Counted from the first letter of the stretch, positions 1 through 12,515 are shown. The stretch: 64,000 nucleotides of DNA from Octopus sinensis (GCF_006345805.1 NC_042999.1:30938001-31002000), one strand, 5' to 3'. Translations and numbers: made by a program. Notes: generated from the letters alone by a model not told the origin.

Positions 1-97
1 ACAGAAAACTTCAGCATAACGGGCAACTGGAATGGCCTAAATATAACATGACATTCTGTGTTTGTATTGTGTTCTTCTTCACATTCTTACATAACAG

Positions 98-162
98 TTA
101 ATGCTTGTGTGTTTGAATGTAGACACACTCATACATGCATTCACACATATATGGTTTGTATG

Positions 163-198
<36 letters not shown>

Positions 199-545
199 TG
201 TATATATATATGTGTGTATATGTATTATATATGTATATAGATATATGTATATATATATATATATATATGTACATATATATATATATCATATATATATATA
301 TATATATATATATGCATTTATGCATATATATGCATATGCATATACATATGTATAAATATATATAGACACATATACATACATGCATACATAGAGTATGCAT
401 ATATATATATATTTTATATATATACATAGATATTGTATATGTGTGTAAGTATATATATATATACATACATATATATATATATATATTATATATATATATG
501 TATATATTTATGCATATATATACACACACATACACACACAAATAC
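98..545. repeat. Compound (TA)n/(GA)n/(CA)n microsatellite tract
   Basis: Direct reading; source of the YI-repeat ORFs in the track. Confidence 0.97.
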
Positions 546-1726
546 ATGTGCGTATACTGCTTTTCTGTATGAATATTAAATATACCGAATAAAGATAGTT
601 ATGTGTAAGTCAAATATGTATGTATATATTTATATACACACACAAATGTTTATATATACACACACAGACATATCACAAAATAAATTTAGAAATAAAATAT
701 ATAACAAATTATATTTAGTAGAGAAATTCTTTATACAAAGCAGGCTGTTGTGTTTTCCTTCTTTTTGTTTTTGTTTTTGTTATTTTCTTAAAATTATTTC
801 ATCATTCAATAATGTCCTTTCTTTTTCTTCTCCTTCAAAGTTTCCTTCTTTCATTAAATTTCCTTCTCACATATTTCTTCTTTTGCTACAGTACATCCCT
901 CATCCACACTTTCACTTCATTTCTGTTTCTTGTTTTGTTTTTTGTTATGGTTTTTACATTTTTATTTTTTCATTTTACATTTGTTTTTCTCTTAAGAAAA
1001 ATATTTTTTTTCATCTTGAAATTATTTAATTTTGTTTATCGTATTTTTGTGTTTTCTTTTCTGTTTTTGGTTATATTTTTTTTGTTTTATTTGAAGAAAT
1101 AGTGAGTAATGTCAAGAAAAATTAGAACATGCAAAAAGAAAGAAACCTATAAAAGAAATTCAAGCCACAATATACTAACACTAGTCAAAAAAAAATAATA
1201 ATGATAAATAAAAATGTAATAAAATAGTAATGATAATAATAATATTAGTAACAATAATATTAATAATAATAATGATAATAAAATATGTAAACGAATACAT
1301 ATAAAAAAAAAAAATAGAAAAGCAAAACATTTCTTTCTGAGCAAGACTTCTTTTTTTCTCTTTCTTTTTGCTTCTTTCTTACATTTTTTTTTTCTGTTTT
1401 AGCATCTCCTTGTTCAACATTGACAACAAATTCTTCTACTTCATACTTGGCAGAGTATTTCAGAAAGTTTTCAAAGAAATTTGCAGCATTCGTAGAATAT
1501 TACCATTGATATTCCTTCAGTGAAAATATCACCATCATCATCATTATATGAGACTCTCTGAGTATATATTTTTTATATACACACAATTTGATAATTTCAA
1601 AATATCTTCAATTATAACCTTTCTTTGTGATTATAATATTTGTGTGACTTACTGATTTACTTAGCTGACACAATAGAGCTAAATGATACCCACAAGCACA
1701 GATACGTATATAGACACACACACACA

Positions 1727-1778
<52 letters not shown>

Positions 1779-1896
1779 TCATATACATATGAGCATACAT
1801 ACATTTCATAGATGGAATGGGTTATGTAATAGATGATTTACACAAAAGCCTAAGAATACTGGAGTATTCCAAGAAAGAGTGAAGCAAACAGATATC

Positions 1897-3000
1897 CACG
1901 ATGTATCCAAAAAATATCCGACTTTATTTTTTCCTGCCAAAACTAATGCCATGTTTGTAAAATCCTTTGTGGGAGAGGTTATGCTACCCTTCTTATGCAT
2001 GCATATGCTGTTTAAAGTACAGATGTATAGTATGCAATCATTGGGTTTTGTTTCCACTGAATGCATTGTGCAGTGATATACCTATTTCTTTACTGCCCAC
2101 AAGAGGCTACACACAGAGGGGACAAACAAGGACCGACAAACAGATTAAGTCGATTATATCAACCCCAGTGCATAACTGGAACTTATTTAATTGACCCCGA
2201 AAGGATGAAAGGCAAAGTCGACCTCGGAAGAATTTGAACTCAGAACATAGCAGTAGAAACAATACTGCTAAGCATTTTGCCCAGTGTGCTAATGTTTCTA
2301 CCAGCTCGCCATGATATATCATCCAGTTTTTCTAAAAGCTTGGTGATTCTCAAGCTCAAACAATCCAGAAGATTCAACAGGCCTTTAGCAAAGACGCCAT
2401 GGGCAAAACTCAGTTCAAGGAGTGATGCAAATCCTTCAAACATGGCTGCATCTCATTGGAGAGTGAGGCATTCTTGGACAGGTCATCCACAAGCTGAAAT
2501 GAGAAGCTAAGGTAAAAATTTCAACAAATAGTCATGGAATGCCATGTAACACTCCAAGAAACTGTCCACATTGTGGGGACAAGGACAGGATCAGTACATT
2601 CCATTTTGGGGGATGGTTTGTTCATGCATAGAGTGTTGGCAAAATTCACCCATCCCCAATTGTAAGATCACATAGAAATTGCTCAGAGTATGCTGGACTG
2701 TGCAACCAAGGCCACAGAATTCAAGAAGACAATCATCACCGGTGATGAGATATGAGGTTATGGTCTCTGCTCAATCCAAACAGTCCTCTTGCATGGAAAC
2801 AGAAATCTTACAAGTGAGCATTGCACATATGTACACCAGGCATAACACCAGGAACTGGTGTGGACCCTACCAACATGAAAATTTTCACACATGAACAGGT
2901 ATGGTAGTGTCCCCCCCCCCCAACCCAAAGGATTTTGCCTATGTGGCATCAGTTGGGGCAGGAAAGAATAAGGTTCGATACTTTTTGAATGGACCATGTA
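1897..3000 (+). mobile_element. Decayed mariner (Tc1/mariner) DNA transposon, internally deleted and split by a SINE
   Basis: Imperfect TIRs: left cacgatgtatccaaaaaatatccgactt (~1897-1924), right aggttcgatactttttgaatggaccatgta (~2971-3000). Translation from ~2330 gives KLGDSQAQTIQKIQQAFSKDAMGKTQFKE*CKSFKHG...RSSTS...GSVHSILGDGLFMHRVLAKF, then after a frameshift ...EFKKTIITGDEI. This matches the mariner HTH region and first catalytic Asp motif (ITGDETW). Several stop codons. Confidence 0.9.
2081..2310 (-). mobile_element. tRNA-derived SINE with Meta-type core (family A, long-tail subtype)
   Basis: Minus strand reads ggcgagctggtagaaacattag (A-box region)...gagttcaaattc (B box)...gaggtcgactttgcctttcatcctttcggggtc (Meta-like core). 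Flanked by the duplication tgatata. Near-identical copies at 17100, 25091, 52853. Confidence 0.9.
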
Positions 3001-3179
3001 AATACCCGGAATAGAATTGACCATTGGTACAGTGAACATTTGAAGATATTCCAGTGATCCCATTTGAGTCTCCTAAGGTGAACCCACACATACAATCATT
3101 CATACATATGAAATGTATGAATACTCAATCATTTGATTTATGGTAAAATTTTTTCTTACAAGTCGACTAAAAGCACACA

Positions 3180-3255
3180 CTGATATATATATATATTATA
3201 TAATATATTATTATATATATATAATATATATATAATATATATATATAATATAAAG

Positions 3256-3294
<39 letters not shown>

Positions 3295-3359
3295 TAGATA
3301 GATAGATAGATAAATAGATAGATAGATATAGATATGTATATATGTATATGTGTGTGTGC

Positions 3360-3394
<35 letters not shown>

Positions 3395-3673
3395 TATAGA
3401 TAGATAGATAGATATAGATATGCATATATATATATATATACACACACATATATAGAGACAAACAGACATACACATGCATACATAAATGCGCAAGAAGGAA
3501 TACACATATCAGTAACATCTAGATCTATTTCAAATTGAACAAAAAGACCTTGTCACTTTGTTAATGATGAGGTTGCAAGTTGCAAAGGAAAACTCAAATA
3601 CATCTCATTTATATAATATACATATACACCACCACGACATATATATATTCATAAATACATATATTTACGTACA

Positions 3674-3719
<46 letters not shown>

Positions 3720-3763
3720 ATTTACGTACATAATGTGTACATATATTTATATATATAATTATA

Positions 3764-3794
<31 letters not shown>

Positions 3795-4107
3795 GTGTGT
3801 GTGTTGTGTGTGTATGTATGTATGTGTGTATGTATGTATGTATATATATATGTATGTGTGTATGTATTATGGTGATGGTTTTAACAAGAGTAAGATTGCT
3901 GAGGAACCTCTAAGCACTACAGTGTATACTGTATGGCACAGAGACTGTTTTTGACATTTAAAGTGTTTGGACTATCAATGCATCAGGTATCTCAAAGGGA
4001 ATGTCAATATTTAGGGCTTTTGAGATATTTCTGAAGCATGAAATAGAATTTTTATATCATGTAATATATTCACACTCATTACTGTCTCTGGTGTCTATAT
4101 CATATAT

Positions 4108-4148
<41 letters not shown>

Positions 4149-4227
4149 GATATAAATGTATATATGCTCATATACATAAATTTGTATACGTGTGTGTATA
4201 TCTATATTTAGTGTATGTATGTGTGTG

Positions 4228-4277
<50 letters not shown>

Positions 4278-4460
4278 CTGTATGCATATGTATATGTATG
4301 TATACTTATATATCATTTATGTATGTACCTATGCATATTATATGTGTATATAATGTATATACTAGTATATGTACATACCTTTGTGTATGTACACACACAC
4401 GAACACACATGCACACACATACACTCATACACACACACACACACACACACACTTACATAT
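3180..4460. repeat. Cluster of (TA)n, (GATA)n, (CA)n, (TG)n microsatellites with short unique spacers
   Basis: Direct reading. Confidence 0.93.
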
Positions 4461-4844
4461 AATCTCATTTTCACATCTATGTTTACATGGTTAAATGGTT
4501 GACTTAAGACTGTTGGAGCAGAACTTTTTTTGACTGGATCCACTTTCTGAAGCCAAACCCCAATTTCCAAGTGTAGTATTGACCTCTTTGTGCTCTAAGT
4601 GTATTGAACAGGAAACAGTCTAGATATTTTTTTAAGTAGAACTGTAAACAAACAGACTGAAATGACCTTATTTTTCATTCATAAATTTTGTGCATGCTTT
4701 TTTTTTAGTGTGTAACAAACAAATTCCACTGTTAATGAAGGCATCTGTAACAAGCAACAAGAAAGAAACACGTGTAGGTATGAGAAATAAAAACCCTCTC
4801 TTGCTATTGATAACACATACATATACACATGCAGATATATGCAG

Positions 4845-4990
4845 AGATTCTTTTCAGTTTCCATCTGTCAAATCCACAAACAATGTCAGCATGATGATCT
4901 AGAATAGAAATAATTTTCTCAAGGTATCTGTGGGACTGAAACCAAAACAACTTGGTTTGGAAATAAACTGATTAACCACTCAGTCATGCA
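4845..4990 (-). mobile_element. Decayed 5' half of SINE family B
   Basis: ttcagtttccatctgtcaaatccac...gtgggactgaaacc matches the reverse complement of family B copies such as 6385-6780. Confidence 0.7.
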
Positions 4991-5165
4991 TGTGGCTACA
5001 CAGCCATGGGGAGTAATACGTATTGATGTGATTGTGTGTGCCTATGCATTTCCACATGTATTCACATATGTATGTGACTATACATATCCAATTCACAATA
5101 AGTAACCTTAGTTTTGTTGATATTTGACCTATGAACTAGAAAAATACCTTGTCTTCAAATTATAT

Positions 5166-5167
<2 letters not shown>

Positions 5168-5258
<91 letters not shown>
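5168..5258. repeat. (CT)n/(CTAT)n microsatellite
   Basis: Direct reading. Confidence 0.95.
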
Positions 5259-5654
5259 CAACAATTTCAGTTAAGTCCTGTTCAAAGCTCTTCTTCAAAG
5301 AGTTAACCATCCCTTAATTCTTTAAATTCACCAGAATTAAGGATTATCCTACCCCAATCATATTTGCACACACCATAGCAATAACTTTCTATTGCTTTCT
5401 CTATATCATACATTAGTTTTCAAAGACACTTATCAGTCCATTAACCCACACACTTCGAAGATCAATGCACTATTATATAAACTGCAAACAATTTACTATA
5501 TCGCATACATATGAACAGCTCAGCAGAGGCATGAAATTTATGATTGGAGTGTTAAATTTTTATGTAATAATCATATGTGAATGTCTGTCTGTGTGTTTGT
5601 GTGTATGTTTGTGTACGTTTTGTATATGTATATGTATGTATATGTATATATCTA

Positions 5655-5850
5655 CATGTGTGTGTGTCCACCACCAACAACAACATTTGGCAACCGGTGA
5701 TGGTGTGTTTTGGCAAAAGAGGTTGATAGAATAAGCCCTAGGCTAAAGAAATAAGTCCTGGGGTCAATTTGTCAGACTAAAATCCCTTCAATGTGGTGCT
5801 CCAGCATGACCACAATCAGATGACTGAAACAAGTAACGAATAAAAGAATA
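5655..5850 (+). mobile_element. 3' half of SINE family B
   Basis: ggcaaaagag..gatagaataag...ggtgctccagcatg...atgactgaaacaagta matches the family B tail. Confidence 0.8.
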
Positions 5851-6384
5851 TGCAAATTTACAAACATGCATTCAATAAGCACATAATCACCTTCTGTAAG
5901 TAGTATATATATTTTTGGTACAACATGGTTTTCTCTCTCTTTGACCTTCTCCTTTTCACTCTTTCTTCTTCTCATTGAGTATATGTCTGTGTGTGTGTGT
6001 GTGTTTGGGTGTGTGTGTATTCATTTATTTATCTATTTATTTATTTATCTCTATATAAGTAGCTAGTTAGAAAATCTCTATAGAAGATGAAAGTAGTTCC
6101 TATACTAAAAAGTAAAGTTTATCACCTTGAACGGAAATACTGATGTGGCAATAAACAATACTTCTTATTTATCTATATCTATGCTTATATATTTGTCTCT
6201 GCAGGACACAAACCATACCTATATCTATTCAACAGATGTTTAGTCATAGAAAATATTGCCATAAATTTGTCACACAAAAAGAAATAGCATTAAGTATAAA
6301 TACTATAAATCATGGTTAAAGTAATTCAACAAATAATATTCATCGTCACTTATTAAAAGGAATATGTAATGATTACATCTTGTA

Positions 6385-6780
6385 TACTCTTTTACTTGTT
6401 TCAGTCATTTGACTGCGGCCATGCTGGAGCACCACCTTTAATCGAGCAACTCGACCCCGGGACTTATTCTTTTGTAAGCCCAGTACTTATTCTATCGGTC
6501 TCTTTTGCCGAACCGCTAAGTAACGGGGACATAAACACACCAGCATCGGTTGTCAAGCAATGCTAAGGGGACAAACACAGACTCACAAACACACACACGC
6601 ATATATATATATACATATATACGACGGGCTTCTTTCAGTTTCCGTCTACCAAATCCACTCACAAGGCTTTGGTCGGCCCGAGGCTATAGTAGAAGACACA
6701 TGCCCAAGGTGCCACGCAGTGGGACTGAACCCGGAACCATGCAGTTTGTAAGCAAGCTACTTACCACACAGCCACTCCTG
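6385..6780 (-). mobile_element. Full-length tRNA-derived SINE family B with internal (TA)n(TG)n microsatellite
   Basis: Minus strand: caggagtggctgtgtggtaag (A box)...cgggttcagtccc (B box)...ggcaccttgggcatgtgtcttctactatagc...microsatellite...ggtgctccagcatggccgcagtcaaatgactgaaacaagtaaaagagta. About 17 copies in the window. Confidence 0.93.
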
Positions 6781-6939
6781 GACAAAATTTATAAAAATGT
6801 GAAATGAAATGATGAAGCAAAATGTAAAAAAAAATTAAGCTACTGATTTATTGAGGTTTAGCCCTTGAGTTTTTTTTGCTCATTTTCTCTATTTCACAAT
6901 GTGCATGAATGTAATTAAACCTACTCATGCAAATTTATT

Positions 6940-6940
6940 T

Positions 6941-6975
<35 letters not shown>

Positions 6976-7047
6976 ATATATATATATATATATGTGTGTG
7001 TGTATATGTGTGTGTATGCATGTATACATATATATTAAATGTATATA

Positions 7048-7105
<58 letters not shown>

Positions 7106-7190
7106 CATAAATGTGTGTGTATATGCATATATATTCAGTGAATAAATATATATATATCTATATACACGCACACACTATATATATTTAGTA

Positions 7191-7235
<45 letters not shown>
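6940..7235. repeat. (TA)n/(TG)n microsatellite
   Basis: Direct reading. Confidence 0.95.
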
Positions 7236-7261
7236 GTAGCTCATAGCAAACATGCAAATCA

Positions 7262-7575
7262 TTTGCATATTGCATATGTGCTGTATCCGTTCGTGTCCGT
7301 TGCCAGCCTCGCCTGGCCCCGTGCCGGTGACACATAAAAGCACCATCCGTTCGTGGCCGTTTGCCAGCTCTGTCTGGCACCTGTGCAGGTGGCACGTAAA
7401 AAGCACCCACTACACTCATGGAGTGGTTGGCGTTAGGAAGGGCATCCAGCCGTAGAAACACTGCCAGATCTGACTGGGCCTGATGAAGCCTTCCAGCTTC
7501 ACAGACCCCAGTTGAACCGTCCAACCCATGCTAGCATGGAGAACGGACGCTAAATGATGATGATGATGATGATGA
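7262..7575 (+). mobile_element. 5'-truncated retroposon family C with (GAT)n tail and internal ~60-65 bp tandem units
   Basis: Ends ggttggcgttaggaagggcatccagccgtagaaac...catgctagcatggagaacggacgctaaatgatgatgatg. Reverse-complement copies at 32545-33005 and 54960-55170. The (GAT)n tail resembles RTE-clade 3' ends (inference). Confidence 0.85.
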
Positions 7576-7847
7576 CTACAATTATTAGATTATTACTACA
7601 AAGAATGTTACCAAGGAGGACATCATCCTGATGAAAGGGACATTGAATATATGGAGTATTTAATTATTTTTAACTATGACCAGTCATAGCTGTAGATAGA
7701 ACACCCTCCTATTTTTGGATCCTATTTCATCTATGTTTTTCTAACCTTTGATATCTAGCATTATTTCTATCCTATATTCTGTATGTATAAGTGATTTGTA
7801 TGCAATTTCGGCAGTTGATATTTTAAAGGATAACATTTTTATTTCTA

Positions 7848-7976
7848 CAGGGTGAATCAAAAGTCACCATACATAGGAAAACTTTATCTTTTTATAACAA
7901 ACTGTTAAATAAAAAAAAACTGTTTCTTATTAAAAAATAAATTGTTCTTATATATAGTGGCTTTTGAAGCACTCTG
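7848..7976. mobile_element. Short Tc1/mariner-type MITE
   Basis: TA|cagggtgaatcaaaagtcacc ... gtggcttttgaagcactctg|TA: imperfect ~21 bp TIRs starting CAG with TA target duplication. Confidence 0.75.
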
Positions 7977-8354
7977 TATATTTTATTTATTAACCTCTTA
8001 TTTTTTCTGCACCTCCTATATTTATCACGCATAACTCCTTACATGCAAATATTATTTATATGTAAACTTATAAGTGTTTTTATATATCTTTATATTTTTC
8101 TATATTTTTATGCATGTTTAGTTTTATTCTTTATACACTTGGAGAATCTTTACACCTATGCATGCATGATTGCTGTTGAAATGTAAAAATATATATGGTT
8201 CGACTATTTTGATTGAATATTTTCATATATGTGCTCAGGAATCTGTTTGACTGCCAATGATTTGTGTTTTCAATTTTCCCTACTCTGTATTTTTTTGCAT
8301 TGGCTCTCTATAAGCATTCCATAAGTAGACTACACATTTTAAAACATACTTAAT

Positions 8355-8398
8355 ATAACGTATATATATATGCATATATATATATATATATATATCTG

Positions 8399-8458
<60 letters not shown>

Positions 8459-8527
8459 GTATATATATATGTATATATATATATATATAATGTATATATA
8501 TGTATATATATATATATATTATATATA

Positions 8528-8571
<44 letters not shown>

Positions 8572-8585
8572 GTATATATATATAT
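8355..8585. repeat. (TA)n microsatellite
   Basis: Direct reading. Confidence 0.96.
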
Positions 8586-9013
8586 TCAGTACATCGCAAA
8601 TTTTTCTGGATAACATACGTAAATTTATATTACAGACTCCTCAGTATATCTTTGTTTCAGCAAGCGATAGGTATTTATCATTTTCAGATTTTAATTATTT
8701 CTGTGGGAGGTTTTGGAACATAACACCCACGATAATGAAGGGATTACTGCGTGTGTGTGTGCGTATATATATATAAATCTGTAGTTAAATATATTCAATG
8801 AGAATATTATAAACTGAATTTATATTGTGTGCTCTATTGTATCAAAGTATTAATGCTATTAAAGTATTTATATATTTAATATGAGCGATTATAAATAATT
8901 TATAATATATTATTATTAATATCAGGAAATCAATATTAGAAAATTCTTAAGAAAGACACATACATGTGTAAAATAATAGTTGTATTAAAATTATAGATAT
9001 ATATAAATATATA

Positions 9014-9893
9014 TAAATATGTAAAGTATAAATATATGATAATAAATATGATAGTTTAAAAGTTTTGAATTAAGTTTGTAAAGCATCTTACTATAGTTTT
9101 GCAGAAATTATAAAAATTTCACATATATTTTCATATGTAATTTTATTTTACAATATTTAAGTCTATTAACTATATTTGAAATGCAGGACAACATAATGGA
9201 TTTATACTTAATTATTATGGATTACGACAGAAGACTTACCAAGGAGGCATATATGAATTTCAAGATTCTCATACTTACCAAAAATCAAAAGCAGTAATTT
9301 TTAATTTTTAATTTATATTTCAAACAAACACTATTTCCCCATATTACTTGATACTTTAAAAAAAACTACCATTTGTTACATTATACAAATTTCATATTTG
9401 ATATTTCTGAGGAGCGGAAGAGTTATCTATAAATGCTTATCAATATAGGATTCCATTTTTCTATATTATCTAAGTCTATGAACTATATTTGGAATACAGG
9501 ACAATATAATGGATATTACACATAACTATTATGGATAATTACAGAAGACTTACCAAGGAAGCATATATGGATTTAAAGACTCTCATACTAAAGTGTACTT
9601 ACCAAAATCAAATGCATTAATTTTTAATTCTTAATTTATATTTCAAACAAACACAATTTTCCCATATTACTTCATGTTTAAAACACTACCATTCGATAAA
9701 TTTTACAAATTTCACATTTCATATCTCTGAAGTGCAGAAGAGTTGTCTATAAATGCTTATGAATATAGGATTCCATTATAGGGACAGAACTTCTGTGAAA
9801 CAATCATAAGATGGTTTAGAAACTTAATTCGAAACTTTTAAACTATTATATCTATTATTATATATTTATAATATTTATACTTATACATATTTA
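9014..9893. other. Inverted-repeat-flanked cassette containing a 313 bp tandem duplication
   Basis: 9014-9109 and 9789-9893 are reverse complements (core atagtttaaaagttt[t/c]gaattaagttt[g/c]taaa[g/c]catctta, about 85% identical over ~59 bp by manual alignment). Tandem units start at 9158 and 9471 (taagtctat[t/g]aactatatttg). Confidence 0.85.
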
Positions 9894-9897
9894 TCTC

Positions 9898-10277
9898 AGT
9901 ACTTATTTTTAAACCTGGTACATATTCTATCTGTCTCTTTTTACCAAACCACTAAGTAATGGGCATGGAATAAAACCAACACTGGTTCTCAAGCAGTGGT
10001 GGAGAGCACAACAAAGAGACATCCATGCACACATACATAAATGTATGCATATGTACATACATTACATCCATCCATACTTACATGTATATGTATATACACA
10101 AACACACACACATGCACACAATGCGCTTCTTTCAGTTTCTATCACCAAATCCATCCATGAGGCTTTGTTATGCTTATGGCTGTAATTGAATAGAGTTGCA
10201 TTGGTGCTGCATTGTGGGACTGAACCCAAAGCCATGTGGTTGGGAAGCAAACTTCTTAACTGCACAACCATTCCTGA
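9898..10277 (-). mobile_element. Diverged SINE family B
   Basis: ttctttcagtttctatcaccaaatcc...gggactgaaccc...caaccattcctg, homologous to 6385-6780. Confidence 0.8.
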
Positions 10278-10726
10278 ATAATGTTGTTGATAATTATTAT
10301 TATTGGGTTGATGAGGATGGTGATGGCTATAATATTAATGTTGACTTCTTGCTTAGCAATCCAAAACTACAAATTTCAATGAAATGTAATAGTGCTGGTT
10401 ATATATATATATATATAAGTTCCAGATGAGCAGTGGATAGCTGATTTCATAGATTCCACTGCTTTACTGTTATTTATATCTATCATGGAATGGAAAATGG
10501 AAATAAAGGAAGCAAGTCAAAGACAGTCACCATTCTAGAAGAAGTTAATGGAAAAGAAATATCGCATTTCATTTAAATATCATAAATTATATCTAAAATA
10601 ATTAAACAATAAATATTCCAAGTCACTTATTAACCAATAATACATGATTTGTACATTATGAACCTGACAAAAGAATGATTCATAGACATATAACTCACAT
10701 GCGATTTACATGTATTCAAAACAAAG

Positions 10727-11149
10727 GAATCTTTTCGGTTTGAGCGGCAGTTTTTAACATAATTTCTAGGTAACTAAAAAATTTTGAACTTCGTATACTG
10801 GTAGAATGTGTTTACAAAACATCTTTTTCTCTTGGCTTTATTGAGAAAATTCTATAGTTTGTAAGATATTTGTTCTTTTTTTTTCTTCAATTTCTGCAAT
10901 TTCAACCAATCACTGACGTCTATTGAGTTAAAAAAAAAACATTCTGTGCTGTATGAATATGTCCCTCATTTAAGAAACAGATTGGGTTTATTTACATTTG
11001 TGAAGAAAAAAAGATACCCTTCCTCCCACCCCTAACCCTAACCCTAAAACAGATTCAAATGCAATAGATTGATACTAGGGTCATAATTATGGGTGGCAAT
11101 TTCATATGACACCGCTAGAAAAAAACTGCCGTTCAAACCGAAAAGATCC
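10727..11149. mobile_element. Non-autonomous TIR DNA element (MITE) with internal (CCCTAA)3
   Basis: Left gaatcttttcggtttgagcggcagtttttt; right aaaaaaactgccgttcaaaccgaaaagatcc. AAG lies on both flanks (10724-10726, 11150-11152). ccctaaccctaaccctaa at 11030-11047. Confidence 0.88.
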
Positions 11150-11420
11150 AAGCAAAGTCATATTCCATTCAATATTATAATGAAACAGAAACAATCTCTG
11201 ATTTACAGAAAGTTTGCTTGTAACATTTTTATTTTATTTGTCTTTCTATTTTTCTTTCTATGATATCTTTTTCTTTCTTAGGTTCATTTTCTCAAATCTA
11301 ATAGACATAAAATGTAATGGAAAATATCTTAAGATTTGAAATCGGCATTTTGATGTCACTGACATTTTTATCTCCCTACATGCTAATTCTTTGAATCTAT
11401 CGACCTTTATTAATATTGAT

Positions 11421-11633
11421 AGGTGGCGAGCTGGCAGAAACGTTAGCACGCCGGGTGAAATGCTTAGCCGTATTTTGTCTGTCTTTACGTTCTGAGTTCA
11501 AATTGCACCAAGGTCAACTTTACTTTTCATTCTTTTCAGGGTCGATAAATTAAGTACCAGTTTTGTACTGGGGTCGGTCCATTCGACTGGCCCCCTTTCC
11601 CAAAATTTCGGGCCTTGTGCCTGGAGTAGAAAG
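11421..11633 (+). mobile_element. SINE family A (Meta core), short-tail subtype
   Basis: aggtggcgagctggcagaaacgttagcacg...gagttcaaatt...gggtcgataaattaagtaccag...aaaatttcgggccttgtgcc. Confidence 0.9.
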
Positions 11634-11864
11634 GGATATAAGGCTATGGATTTGGAGAGAAGGGAGAGCTACTTATGAGTACTCTAATGCACAAATGACA
11701 CTTGATTTTATTAACCCTGGAAGAGTAAATTAGATTGAATGATATAACTGACCTAGACAATTTTTTAACTCAGAACATAAAGACTTGTAGCTCATTATGC
11801 TACATGTCATTTTGTTAGGCACACAAATGATTCTGTCAATATATTGCCCTTTTTAATACTAATT

Positions 11865-12033
11865 TTTTTCTGATATAGGTACCAGCCCTGAACTTTTTGG
11901 CCAAGGAGCTAATTTATTATATTGACCCTAGTGTTCATCTGATACTTATTTTATGAAAGGATGAAAGGAAAAGTCAAACTCAGTGGAATTTGAAATCAGA
12001 AATTAAAGAGCTGGAATAATAATAATAATAATA

Positions 12034-12072
<39 letters not shown>

Positions 12073-12515
12073 TGATGATGAAGATAATAATTCTTTCTAC
12101 TTTAGGCACAAGGCCTGAAATTTTGGGCAAAGGATTTTGGAGATTTCGTCGACACCTGTACTTGTTTTATTGATTGTGAAAATATGAAAGCCTAAATTGA
12201 CATTGCTGGAATTTGAATTCAAGCATGAGAGAAATGATACTAAGCATTTTGTTTGGTGTGCTTATGATTCTGCCAGCTCTAATAATAATAATAATTATTA
12301 TTATAATGGTTTCAGGTTTTGATACAAGACCAGCAAGTTCAGAAGAGTGTTCAAGTCGATTATATTAATCCCAGTGCTCAACTGGTACTTATCATATTGA
12401 CTCTAAAGGGATGAAAGGCAAAGTTAGCCTTGGCAGAATTTGAACTAAGAACCTAAGGACAAATGAAATGCCGCTAAGCATTTTGTATTGTTTGCTCATG
12501 ATTCAACCAGCCCAC
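11865..12515 (-). mobile_element. Three head-to-tail decayed family A SINEs separated by (AAT)n tracts
   Basis: Repeated ggatgaaagg.aaagt.aa...gaatttgaa.tc.gaa core at ~11955, ~12190 and ~12410; (AAT)n at 12017-12070 and 12280-12305. Confidence 0.82.

Noticed and set aside
6369-6807. Recurrent ORFs such as FQSFDCGHAGAPPL and [30 protein letters not shown]
   Set aside because: Translations of SINE family B. Their recurrence reflects repeat copies, not a protein family.
7474-7500. CTGATGA motifs at ~7480, 7627, 17591, 18411, 24071 and 61820 as possible hammerhead cores
   Set aside because: No stem II followed by GAAA at the right spacing.
8570-8776. [31 protein letters not shown]...
   Set aside because: Starts inside a microsatellite; no recognisable motif or convincing splice pair.
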